64,000 bases of DNA from Polyangiales bacterium (GTDB taxonomy: Bacteria; Myxococcota_A; Polyangia; Polyangiales; Houyiibacteriaceae), in NCBI GenBank assembly GCA_965227405.1, contig OZ245758.1, forward strand, positions 1,449,693 through 1,513,692, read 5' to 3'. Of this stretch, positions 1 through 8,676 are shown one piece after another. The position numbers were made by a program, and so were the translations under genes. The number at the start of each line of letters is the position of its first letter. Position 1 is the first letter of the stretch. The notes under the pieces were generated by a model that did not search any database, had not been told where the DNA came from, and saw only the letters and a list, made by a program, of their open reading frames with translations.

Positions 1-3000
1 GGTCATGCAAGCACCAACGCTGGAGCCACAAGCCGCTCCACCACCGGGGTCGCCCTCATCGACCGTACCGTCGCAATCGTCGTCACGTCGGTTGCACACC
101 TCGACCGCGGGGTCGGCAATGTCACAGGCGTATTCGCAGCCCGTCGCCTCGATTCCGTCGATGTCGTAGAAGCCGTCCTCGCAGGCACCCAAGCGGCACT
201 CGCCGGCCGAGCAGGTTGCTGCGGCATTGAGGAAGCGACACGTGCGACCGCAGCTTCCGCAGTTCTCGATGTCCGTGTCGAAGTCGAAGTCCTCGTCGAC
301 GTTGCCGTCGCAATCGTTGTCGCGGAAGTCGCAGATCGAGTCGTCGGCTCCTGTCGGAATACACCGGTATTCACAGCCATTTTCAGGATCTCCGTCGATG
401 TCGAAGAACCCGACATCGCAGCGATCGATGCCGCACACGCTGTCGATGCACGAAGGGAACGCGGCGGGCGGTGTACACGCCATTCCGCAACCACCGCAGT
501 TCTCGGTGTCCGTCGTGGTGTCGATGCCCTCGTCGATCAGCTCATCGCAGTCGTCGTCGCGCTCGTTGCAGAGCTCGGGGGCTCCGGGAACGCAACCCGC
601 GTCGATGTTGGCGTCAAAGCCTGCATCGAGATCGGCATCCGGGGTTCCGGTATCGGGTCGCGTTCCGTCGACTTGAGCGTCGACCGGGGGAGGACCTGCA
701 TCTTCGCAATCGATGCAGAAGGGTTCGACGTCACATCCGCCTAAAAGGAAGAGAGCGCCGAGTCCGAGAAGGGCCGCGATGCGGCCTCGGACTTTTCCCG
801 AGGACGTCGCGACCGAAGAGGCCTTTCCGTTCTTGCGACGGCGACGCCAGCCCACCAGGACGAACATCACCAAACCGAGCGCCCACGGCGTGGGTGCTTG
901 TGATGCCGGCGTACCTGGAACGGCACACGCGCATCCGCCACCGCCGGCGCCGAGAAGGCGCGTTCGATCGTCGCCTCCCGGTCCAGCATCCAGACCCCCT
1001 CCATCGACGCCGGCATCCGGCATGCTCATCTCGACACACTCGCCAGCTTCACACACCTGCTCGCCGGGACAGTTCAGTCCGACACAAGGATCCGCTTCGC
1101 AATCACCCGTCAGCGGATCGCAGATGGTCATCGCCGGGCAAAGCACACCGCGACACATGTCCTCGACGCAGCTTCCGTCGGTGGGATCGCACGCTTCGCC
1201 TGCAGGACAGCTGACTCCGCCACATGCGTCGTCCACGCAGACACCGCGCGCACAGCGCTCGCCGTCCGGACATTCGACGCCCGCGCAACTCGCGACGCAC
1301 TCGCCGTCGATACACGCTTCGGTCTCGTCGCACTCCACGCTGGCGCACGGATCGGTCTCGCACTCGCCGGTTTCGACGTTGCAGACCTCACCGGTCTCAC
1401 AACCCAGTGCGCGACAGCTGTCCTCGACACAGGTGCCGGTGTTCGGCTCGCAAACCGTTCCGTCGGCACACACCGTCCCGTCGCACGGGAAGGTACACGC
1501 GTTGTTCTTGCACGTGCACGAAGGCGTGTCGTCGTCCGGACTACACAGCACTTCGCCATCGCGTTCGATCGTTTGCGGCGAACACGTTTCGGGTGTGCAG
1601 GCCTCGGCGACGCAGAAGCACTCCTCGCCAACCTCGAGCGGCGTGCGGCCGGTCGGACACACAAATCCAAACTCGCTTCGCTCACACGGCAGCGCGCACT
1701 GGCAGTCAACGCAGGAGCTACCTTCCGGACACAACGCGCCGTCAGCTTCTTCGTCGACCGATCCGTCGCAGTCGTTGTCCTCGCAGTCGCAACCTTCGAT
1801 GCCGGGAGGCACCTCACCCACACAGACTTCGCGTCCGTCGATGCACTGCGACACACCTTCCATGCAAAGGCCTTCGTCAGACCCGCAGGCCATGCCGAGC
1901 GGCAAGCCCTCGTCGATCGTGCCGTCGCAGTCGTCATCAAATGCGTTGCAGACCTCTTCCACGGGGCCGATTTCACCGTCGCAAACAGTCATTCCATCGC
2001 GACAAATCGTGATTCCCGGGCTGCACAAGCCTTCCGCCGAGCCGCAGGGAGCACCCACGCCCAGACCGTCGTCGGCAAGGCCGTCACAGTCGTTGTCGAG
2101 CCCGTCGCAGATCTCTTCCGTGGGTCCGACATCGCCGACACACATCAACGCGCCACCGACACACTGGATCATGCCGGTCGAGCACTCGCCGGTATCGGAA
2201 CCGCACGTCGTACCTACATCCGGATCAGTTTCGTCGACTCTGCCGTCGCAGTCGTTGTCATCGCCATCGCAACGTTCGATGCCCGGTCCGATTTCACCGA
2301 TGCACGCGCCGAACGATCCCGACGTACACACTTGAACACCAGCACGACAGACACCTTCATCGGATCCGCAAGACCGACTCTGTCCATCCACGCGGCCATC
2401 ACAGTCGTTGTCGAGTCCGTCACAGACTTCCGGACCACCCGTGGTGGCAGTACAGCCCACCCATGTTCCGGCCATGCACGTTTCGGTACCGGCCATGCAC
2501 TCGCCGATATCCGATCCGCAACTTCGTGTTAGGCCCTCGTCCGTACTGCCGTCGCAGTCGTTGTCCATGTTGTCGCAGGTTTCTGCGCCCGTTGGGACGC
2601 AGCCCATACACACGTCACCTTCGTCGATGACGCCATTGCAGTTGTTGTCGAGACCATCGCAGACCTCGGCGGGAGGCGTTCCGCACAAACCACAGGCGTT
2701 CAACGGCTCATCGGCGGTGCCATCAAAGCAGTTGTCGTCCGACATATCGCAGTCGTCACCGGGGTTTGTGCAGTAGTCGAGACTCGCGGTGGGAGCGCCA
2801 AACGTGCCGTCCAAATCACAGTATTTCTGGAAGCCCTCGTCGATCAGACCGTCGCAGTCGTCGTCGTCTCCATCGCACACTTCGCTCAACAAGGTGTCCG
2901 CAATGATTTGCGAGAACGCGAGCGCGACACCTTCTTCACTGGTTGCAGGAAGCGCTGCGGTGGTTCCACCCGCAGCAGCAATCTGGTTCGCTTGACCGAT

Positions 3001-3615
3001 CAGACCCGCATTGCTTCCGAAGACGATCACGTGGGTCATGATGTCTTCGTTGGGTCCTCCCGCGATGGGCGTGTTTCGCAACCGAGTCGTCGCAGCGAGA
3101 GTGTTGGTCAGGTTGTTCGCGGTGTCGCAACAGGGTTCGCCATCGTGCAAGAGAATGACGCGGTACGGACGACATCCACGTGCAGGATCTCCCTGAACTG
3201 GTCCCGTCGCACTTTGGTAGTACGCGCGCACGTTATCCAACGCGTTCCGGATCGGTGTGACACCGCCTGCCGTCAGCTCCGTCGAGCCGACGAAATCAAC
3301 CCATTGAAGAATCGAAGGTTGGTTGTCCTCCGCAATCGGTGCGTGGATGGTGGTTCCCGTGCCGTACTCCTTGAATGAAGTCAGGCCGAACGTGACATCA
3401 CCAAAGCCATTGACGACTTGCTGCAACGCACACTTGGCATCGTTGAGTCGCGTACGCGGCTGACCACAGCTGTTGTTGCCACTGCCGGTCGACGAACCCA
3501 TCGATCCGGAGTCATCGAAGATGACCATGAAATACGGTTTGATCTGCGTCTGCGCAGAGACCGGGGAGGCTGCTGCAACCCACAGCAAGACAGCCGCCAA
3601 ACACCAACGCACCAT
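1..3615 (-). CDS. Large secreted protein, partial (C-terminus beyond the window start). Cleavable signal peptide, a von Willebrand factor A domain, then more than 20 Cys-rich DNDCDG-type (MopE-like putative metal-binding) repeats.
   Basis: Minus frame is open from ATG 3613-3615 to position 1 and has no stop in the window, so it is absent from the ORF track. Manual translation gives MVRWCLAAVLLWVAAASPVSAQTQIKPYFMVIFDDSGSMG (signal peptide plus VWA MIDAS DxSxS), then VILLHDGEP, then repeated CDGLDNDCDGxxDEG / CGSDxGxC modules. Plus-strand long ORFs here are S/P/T-rich antisense artefacts. Confidence 0.8.
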   Translation of the reverse strand, partial: MVRWCLAAVLLWVAAASPVSAQTQIKPYFMVIFDDSGSMGSSTGSGNNSCGQPRTRLNDAKCALQQVVNGFGDVTFGLTSFKEYGTGTTIHAPIAEDNQPSILQWVDFVGSTELTAGGVTPIRNALDNVRAYYQSATGPVQGDPARGCRPYRVILLHDGEPCCDTANNLTNTLAATTRLRNTPIAGGPNEDIMTHVIVFGSNAGLIGQANQIAAAGGTTAALPATSEEGVALAFSQIIADTLLSEVCDGDDDDCDGLIDEGFQKYCDLDGTFGAPTASLDYCTNPGDDCDMSDDNCFDGTADEPLNACGLCGTPPAEVCDGLDNNCNGVIDEGDVCMGCVPTGAETCDNMDNDCDGSTDEGLTRSCGSDIGECMAGTETCMAGTWVGCTATTGGPEVCDGLDNDCDGRVDGQSRSCGSDEGVCRAGVQVCTSGSFGACIGEIGPGIERCDGDDNDCDGRVDETDPDVGTTCGSDTGECSTGMIQCVGGALMCVGDVGPTEEICDGLDNDCDGLADDGLGVGAPCGSAEGLCSPGITICRDGMTVCDGEIGPVEEVCNAFDDDCDGTIDEGLPLGMACGSDEGLCMEGVSQCIDGREVCVGEVPPGIEGCDCEDNDCDGSVDEEADGALCPEGSSCVDCQCALPCERSEFGFVCPTGRTPLEVGEECFCVAEACTPETCSPQTIERDGEVLCSPDDDTPSCTCKNNACTFPCDGTVCADGTVCEPNTGTCVEDSCRALGCETGEVCNVETGECETDPCASVECDETEACIDGECVASCAGVECPDGERCARGVCVDDACGGVSCPAGEACDPTDGSCVEDMCRGVLCPAMTICDPLTGDCEADPCVGLNCPGEQVCEAGECVEMSMPDAGVDGGGLDAGPGGDDRTRLLGAGGGGCACAVPGTPASQAPTPWALGLVMFVLVGWRRRRKNGKASSVATSSGKVRGRIAALLGLGALFLLGGCDVEPFCIDCEDAGPPPVDAQVDGTRPDTGTPDADLDAGFDANIDAGCVPGAPELCNERDDDCDELIDEGIDTTTDTENCGGCGMACTPPAAFPSCIDSVCGIDRCDVGFFDIDGDPENGCEYRCIPTGADDSICDFRDNDCDGNVDEDFDFDTDIENCGSCGRTCRFLNAAATCSAGECRLGACEDGFYDIDGIEATGCEYACDIADPAVEVCNRRDDDCDGTVDEGDPGGGAACGSSVGACMT

Positions 3616-3837
3616 TGGAACCCTCCAGCGTTACTGGAAATCGTACACCATCTTGGGGATAAAAACCCGCATGTAACGCTGAGGGGGTCTGCTCGTACTG
3701 ATGATGTAGCGTGTGGTCTCCGCGTTGCTGGGGTCATCCCCGTCGATCACAACCCCGGCGGTTAATCCGAGCAGTCCCCTCCCCTCCTTTGCTCGATTCC
3801 ACCCTGGCGCGCGGCGGCCCTCGCGATAACGTCGCGG

Positions 3838-4611
3838 ATGCTCGCGACGACCCGGCTCGGCGACGGCGACAAGACGTTCGTGTTTTTGCACGGCGTGTTT
3901 GGCCGAGGCTCCAACTGGCGCACGATCGCTCGAAAGTTCGTCGACGCGCGGCCTGAGTACAGCGCGCTTTTGGTGGATCTTCGGCTTCACGGAGACTCGT
4001 TGGACCTGTCTCCGCCGCATACGGTCGAACGAGCTGCCCAAGATGTTCTTGCGCTCGGTTCGATTCACGGAATCTCGGGGCACTCGTTTGGCGGGAAAAT
4101 CGCCATTGAAGTGGCGCGACATACACCGCTCGAATCGTTGTGGATCTTGGATTCGATGCCGGGTCCACGACCGGATCGTCGTGGATCTGAAGCAATTTCG
4201 AAGGTGATGGACGCGTTGCGCGCCGTGGACCGGAACTTCGAGACACGCGACGCGTTCGTCCAAGCGCTCGTGGCCCAAGGGCTCGTCGAACCGATCGGTC
4301 GTTGGTTGGCCATGAGCTTGAAGCGCGGCGACTCGGGCTTTGAGAAAGTGGTCGATGTCGACGCGATCGACGGAATGCTCGACGACTACTTCGCTCTGGA
4401 TCTCTGGCCTGCACTCGAATCGCTGGAAACCGAGACGCACTTGGTGATCGCAGAACGCTCAGAGGTGTTCGATACCGATGACCGAGCTCGGGCCGCGTCG
4501 ATCACCCGAAACGGCTTCCATGTCGACCACGTCAACGCTGGCCACTGGCTGCACGTGGAAGCGCCGACAGCGCTTTTGGCGTTGATGACTGCTTCTCAAG
4601 AAAAGTCTTAA
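3838..4611 (+). CDS. alpha/beta-fold hydrolase
   Basis: HGVFGRGSNW oxyanion region, GHSFGG nucleophile elbow (GxSxG), C-terminal HVDHVNAGHWLHVEAP with catalytic His. 257 aa. Confidence 0.85.
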   Translation: MLATTRLGDGDKTFVFLHGVFGRGSNWRTIARKFVDARPEYSALLVDLRLHGDSLDLSPPHTVERAAQDVLALGSIHGISGHSFGGKIAIEVARHTPLESLWILDSMPGPRPDRRGSEAISKVMDALRAVDRNFETRDAFVQALVAQGLVEPIGRWLAMSLKRGDSGFEKVVDVDAIDGMLDDYFALDLWPALESLETETHLVIAERSEVFDTDDRARAASITRNGFHVDHVNAGHWLHVEAPTALLALMTASQEKS

Positions 4612-4694
4612 GCAGAGCCTAAGACATTGTAATTGCTGAATTTTCTGCGACAAAAAGCTGTGAATCAGAGTCGGGTTGGGCCGGTCCAAATATC

Positions 4695-5381
4695 ATGAAA
4701 CGGACCTTGCCCCTTCTCCTTCTCAGCGCGGTCGCCTTTGCTCAAGAAGGCGGTGACGAACTCGCCGCTCCGAGTGCAGCCACCAGTGCTCATCGAGTCG
4801 CTTCGGAAGTTCAGGCGTTCTACGACCAAACCGATACGTTCTCGGCCCGCTTCACGCAGACGTACTACCACCGCCTCTACCAACGCTATCAGCGTTCAAA
4901 CGGTCGGTTCTACTTCGACAAGCCTGGTCGCATGCGCTTCGACTACGCGCAGCCCAACGGCAAGGTCATCGTGAGCGACGGAAGCCACTTCACTGCGTAC
5001 GACCCAGGTGACGAAGGTGAAGCTGGGCAATACGTAAAGGCGCCGGTCGGCGACAGCTCACTTCCGCGCGCGTTTGGTTTCCTGACCGGGCACGGACGGA
5101 TTCTCGACGACTACCGTGTGAGCCTCTTGGACTCAAACCGATATCGGTGGAGTGGTCCTGTGTTGGAGCTTCGTCCGCGTAACTCGGATCCGCGAATCCG
5201 ACGCATCCTTCTTTACGTCGATGGTGATGCCCGTCGTCCGGGTGTGGTGCACCGCATCCGAATCGACGACCACGAGGGCAACCGGAACAAGTTCGAGATG
5301 CGTCGAATGCGCTTCAACCGGGATATGTCGTCGTCACGCTTCGCGTTTAGCCCGCCGCGTGGAGCGCATCGTATCCAGTAG
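4695..5381 (+). CDS. LolA-like outer-membrane lipoprotein carrier or sorting protein, with signal peptide
   Basis: N-terminal MKRTLPLLLLSAVAFAQ signal. LolA-like segment FTQTYYHRLYQ...GRFYFDKPGRMRFDY...KVIVSDGSHFTAYDP. Confidence 0.7.
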   Translation: MKRTLPLLLLSAVAFAQEGGDELAAPSAATSAHRVASEVQAFYDQTDTFSARFTQTYYHRLYQRYQRSNGRFYFDKPGRMRFDYAQPNGKVIVSDGSHFTAYDPGDEGEAGQYVKAPVGDSSLPRAFGFLTGHGRILDDYRVSLLDSNRYRWSGPVLELRPRNSDPRIRRILLYVDGDARRPGVVHRIRIDDHEGNRNKFEMRRMRFNRDMSSSRFAFSPPRGAHRIQ

Positions 5382-5589
5382 TCATTTTGCAGCTAGTGGA
5401 TGGACTCACAGTTCTGGAGTCCATCCGTGTTCCATCGCCAGCGTTGTTCGACCAAAATGACTAGAGGTAAGGTGATGGAAACGGTCGGCGGCTCCCACTC
5501 GCCTAGTCATTTTGCTCGAACAACGCCACAACACAGCACGGATGCACACCGGTAAGAGTGAAACGAGTCGTGCACGAGCAAAATGACTA
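5379..5589. repeat. Cluster of four copies, in two inverted pairs, of the AT-rich 11-12 bp motif TAGTCATTTTGC / GCAAAATGACTA. A 23-bp inverted repeat (gcgttgttcgaccaaaatgacta ... tagtcattttgctcgaacaacgc, 1 mismatch) spans a 40-bp centre.
   Basis: Copies at about 5379-5390, 5453-5463, 5504-5515 and 5578-5589. The last copy overlaps the ATG at 5583 of the downstream gene. The AT-rich motif stands out in a ~68% GC background. Confidence 0.6.
5398..5426 (+). terminator. Perfect 10-bp stem / 9-nt loop hairpin (ggatggactc-acagttctg-gagtccatcc) 17 nt after the LolA-like stop. No U-tract.
   Basis: Read directly. The reverse complement of the left arm equals the right arm. Confidence 0.5.
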
Positions 5590-6149
5590 AGTGGGTCAGC
5601 GCCTGCGTCCTCGGCGAAGCACTCGGTCTTTCGCTCGCCGCTCTCCTCGGCGCATTCGTTTCGCGTCTGAGCGACGATGGATCCGGACTCGTCATCTTGA
5701 TGCCGATCATCGGTCTCCTTGAAGGCGCCGTCCTCGGCGCGTTTCAAGCGTGGGCACTCGGTCGCGGTCGAAAGTGGATCCTCGCTACGAGTCTCGCGAT
5801 CGGCGCGGCTTGGTTGGTGGGCGCGCTCGCGTCGACACTTGAACCACGCGTCACATCCCCACTGCTCATCCTGGGTGTCGCACTCTTGTTTGGACTCCTG
5901 GTTGGAGCTGCCGTTGGACTTGCACAAACACGCGTCGCGAATGCATCACACCATTGGTTGATCGCCAACGTTGCGGGTTGGTCGACCGGACTCGTCGCAA
6001 GCGCACTACTCAGCGAAATGGTTCCGTGGGGGCCATTCACGGCCTACGTGTTCGCGATCGAAGCACTCAAGGGAATCGCAGTGGGTCTCTGTCTCGGCCT
6101 GGTGACAGCACCGTATCGAAACCGGATCCAAGTCGCGCACCAAAACTAG
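5583..6149 (+). CDS. Hypothetical integral membrane protein (about 4-5 TM helices)
   Basis: Hydrophobic and Gly/Ala-rich throughout (LGLSLAALLGAFV, LLILGVALLFGLLVGAAVGLA). No recognisable catalytic motif. Confidence 0.5.
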   Translation: MTKWVSACVLGEALGLSLAALLGAFVSRLSDDGSGLVILMPIIGLLEGAVLGAFQAWALGRGRKWILATSLAIGAAWLVGALASTLEPRVTSPLLILGVALLFGLLVGAAVGLAQTRVANASHHWLIANVAGWSTGLVASALLSEMVPWGPFTAYVFAIEALKGIAVGLCLGLVTAPYRNRIQVAHQN

Positions 6150-6253
6150 GCAAATTCAGCCTCAAAATTCGCGACGCACCGGTCACAAGTTCTACCAATC
6201 ATTGGACTTTTACAGATCCGATGACATTTCTTTTACTTTTCTTGGCCAAATAC

Positions 6254-6332
6254 ACTGACACGTCAGTCTAGTTGAGCTAGAACCGCCCGGTTCGCGCGGA
6301 AACTGACACGTCAGTCTAGTGACCGCGCGGTC
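6254..6332. promoter_or_regulatory. Two 19-bp direct repeats (actgacacgtcagtctagt), each containing a 6-2-6 palindrome ACTGAC-N2-GTCAGT and each followed by a GC-rich palindrome (gaaccgcccggttc, gaccgcgcggtc). They lie 45-120 bp upstream of the lipid operon and are a candidate operator pair.
   Basis: Copies at about 6254-6272 and 6302-6320. Palindromes at about 6281-6294 and 6321-6332. Confidence 0.5.
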
Positions 6333-6376
6333 GCTAAATACCCGAATTCCGGGCGATTTCTGTGAGGGACGAATCG

Positions 6377-7039
6377 ATGAAGACCGCTGCTTTCTTCCGT
6401 GTGGAAGGGACACTGACCGAGCGCACCGCGATTGGCGCGTCGGCTTGGTTGGCGAGCAACGCTCAAAAGATGGGAGAGCGCGTCGCGCGCCTCGGCAACA
6501 TCGCGTTGGCTGCGCCGTTTGCGATTCTTGGCGAGCTGCAAACCGGCTCGACCGCTGCACGCATGACGTGGATGGGTCTGCGCGGAATGAGCGAAGACCG
6601 GATCGCGTTGCTCGGTGAAGAGTACTTCGAGAAGTTTCTCAAGAACGACGCGTTGGAGATCGGAACGCGCTTGTTGAAGCAAGCGAAGAAGGATGGTCGA
6701 CGCATCGTTCTGATCAGCGACAACATCGACCACGTGATCGCTCCCTTCGCAGAGGAGCTCGGTGCAGACGATTTGATCTGCAACCGACTGGAGATGCGAA
6801 AGGGTCGCGCCACCGGTGCACTCGAAGAGCCGATCATCGGCGGCAACGTCACCGGGCAGTGGGCCCGCGGCTTTGCCACCGAACACGAGATCGATTTGAT
6901 GAGCTCGTGGGCGTACGGCGCGAGCGCAGCCGACAGCTTGCTCCTCAGCGCAATCGGTCAGCCCTGCGCAGTGAATCCCGACCGTCAACTTCGTCGTCTC
7001 GCCAAGGACCACGACTGGCCCGTCGTGGAGAAGAACTGA
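6377..7039 (+). CDS. HAD-superfamily subfamily IB-like hydrolase with a degenerate motif I (FFRVEGTLT in place of the canonical DxDGT)
   Basis: RBS GAGGGA upstream of ATG 6377. HAD-IB-like GRRIVLISDNIDHV and AYGASAADSLLLS (motif IV). Both nucleophile and acid Asp positions are substituted (R, E). Stop overlaps the next start (TGATG). Confidence 0.7.
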   Translation: MKTAAFFRVEGTLTERTAIGASAWLASNAQKMGERVARLGNIALAAPFAILGELQTGSTAARMTWMGLRGMSEDRIALLGEEYFEKFLKNDALEIGTRLLKQAKKDGRRIVLISDNIDHVIAPFAEELGADDLICNRLEMRKGRATGALEEPIIGGNVTGQWARGFATEHEIDLMSSWAYGASAADSLLLSAIGQPCAVNPDRQLRRLAKDHDWPVVEKN

Positions 7040-8667
7040 TGACCACCCAGAAGCACAAGATCACCGGTATTCGCGATCGCCGCACGCTGGCGGAAACCTT
7101 CGCAGGCAAGAACCTCTTGGTCACCGGAACCTCCGGTTTCCTCGGCAAGGTCTGGCTGGGGATGGTGCTCGACTACCTGCCCGAGGTCGGCAAAATCGTG
7201 GTCGTTCTCCGCGGCAAAAAGGATCAGAGCGCCGAAGAGCGCTTCGTCCGCATCTTTGAGCGCAGCCCGGTGTTTCGCCCGCTTCGCGAACGACTTGGCC
7301 AAGAACTCCGCACCTTGATCGCCGACAAGATCGAGTTGCTTGACGGTCGTCTTACCGAGCCCTTTGCGGGCATGGATGAGAAGCGTGCTGCCGAAGTCAT
7401 GCGCGACATCGACGCCGTTGTGCACTTCGCGGGACTCACCGACTTCGAACCGGATCCCCAAGACGCCATCGACGCCAACATTCACGGCGCGTGGAACATG
7501 GCCGACCTCGCCGCCCTGAGTCGCGGCAAGCGCTACATCCACGTATCGACCACCTACGTGGCGGGTGTTGCCGACGGTCGAGTTGAAGAGTCGATCACGG
7601 CTGGCATCAGCCCCAACGGCACCGAGATCAATCCGCGCGCTGAAGTGCTGGCAATGGAGACGTTGATCCGCGCCGGCGAGACCAAGAAAGAGCGTCTGGC
7701 GATCGCGCGTGCACGCGCCGCGGAACTCGGCTTCCAGAACGTCTACACGTACACGAAGAGCCTCAGCGAGCACTTGATCGAAGAGCGCACGGACGTGAAG
7801 ACCACCACGTTCCGTCCCGCCATCGTCGAATGCGCACGCAGCTACCCCTTTGCCGGTTGGAACGAAGGCATCAACACCTCGGGTCCGCTGGTGTGGTTGC
7901 TCAGCACGCCCTTCCGCCGTTTGCCGGCCAAGAACGACATCTACTTCGATGTGGTTCCCGTCGACACTGTCGCGCGCTCGATGGTGCTCGTGGTGGGCGA
8001 TGCGCTTCGCGACGACGCGGAAGACGTCTACCAGTGCGGTTCGGGGTATCTGAACCCACTGATGATGCATCGCGCGATGGACCTGACCACGTTGGCGCTC
8101 CGTCGCACCGACGGCAGCTTTTTCACCAAGATCGATAGCTACTGCATGGACAACGCCGTCGAGCGTGAGCAGATCTTCGGCTACGCGCGGATGCGGCAAG
8201 CCAGCGCTGCACTGCGGAACACGCTTCGCAACTTGAAGCTCGAGCGCAAACTGCCGCCTTCGCTCTACGAGCGTCTCGGCGGAGACAAACTCGGCAAGAA
8301 CATCGAGTCGTTCCGCAAGACGCTTCGCGGAACGGAAAAGATGCTCGGCATGGTCGACAAGATGCTGCGCCAGTACCGGCCCTTCATCTACGACTACAGC
8401 TATCTCTTCGTCACCGAAAACCTCAAGCGAGCCAGTGCACGTTTGAGCGACGAAGACCGCGCACTCTTCGGCTTCGACGTCGAAACGATCGACTGGCGCT
8501 ATTACTGGTCGAAGGTCCAAGTCCCCGGTCTTGAGAAGTGGTCGATTCCGCTGCTCAAGGGCGAGACCGTTCCCGACGACGAGGCGTTGCCGCCCGCGTC
8601 CGACGGTGTTCGCACCAAGGGTGCGCTTCGCGAAGAGCGCAAAGAGATCCGCGCAACGGTCGCGTAG
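7039..8667 (+). CDS. Fatty acyl-CoA/ACP reductase-like protein (NAD_binding_4 'male sterility' thioester-reductase domain plus C-terminal FAR-like domain)
   Basis: Start ATG 7039 overlaps the upstream stop. LLVTGTSGFLGKVWL Rossmann GxxGxxG. YTYTKSLSEH (YxxxK). About 540 aa, typical of FAR enzymes. The track ORF from 6859 carries a spurious N-terminal extension. Confidence 0.85.
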   Translation: MTTQKHKITGIRDRRTLAETFAGKNLLVTGTSGFLGKVWLGMVLDYLPEVGKIVVVLRGKKDQSAEERFVRIFERSPVFRPLRERLGQELRTLIADKIELLDGRLTEPFAGMDEKRAAEVMRDIDAVVHFAGLTDFEPDPQDAIDANIHGAWNMADLAALSRGKRYIHVSTTYVAGVADGRVEESITAGISPNGTEINPRAEVLAMETLIRAGETKKERLAIARARAAELGFQNVYTYTKSLSEHLIEERTDVKTTTFRPAIVECARSYPFAGWNEGINTSGPLVWLLSTPFRRLPAKNDIYFDVVPVDTVARSMVLVVGDALRDDAEDVYQCGSGYLNPLMMHRAMDLTTLALRRTDGSFFTKIDSYCMDNAVEREQIFGYARMRQASAALRNTLRNLKLERKLPPSLYERLGGDKLGKNIESFRKTLRGTEKMLGMVDKMLRQYRPFIYDYSYLFVTENLKRASARLSDEDRALFGFDVETIDWRYYWSKVQVPGLEKWSIPLLKGETVPDDEALPPASDGVRTKGALREERKEIRATVA

Positions 8668-8676
8668 GGAGTCGAC

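Noticed and set aside
713-2532. Long plus-strand ORFs (713..2335, 540 aa; 1573..2532, 319 aa) and several minus ORFs (1128..1976 and others) over the first 3.6 kb
   Set aside because: They are S/P/T/R-rich low-complexity translations, antisense or out of frame to the real minus-strand VWA/Cys-repeat gene. That frame has no stop in the window and shows clear domain motifs.
3631-4440. Minus ORFs 3631..4440 and 3734..4414 opposite the alpha/beta hydrolase gene
   Set aside because: Arg-rich, no motifs. They are antisense to a well-supported hydrolase (GHSFGG) and typical high-GC antisense artefacts.
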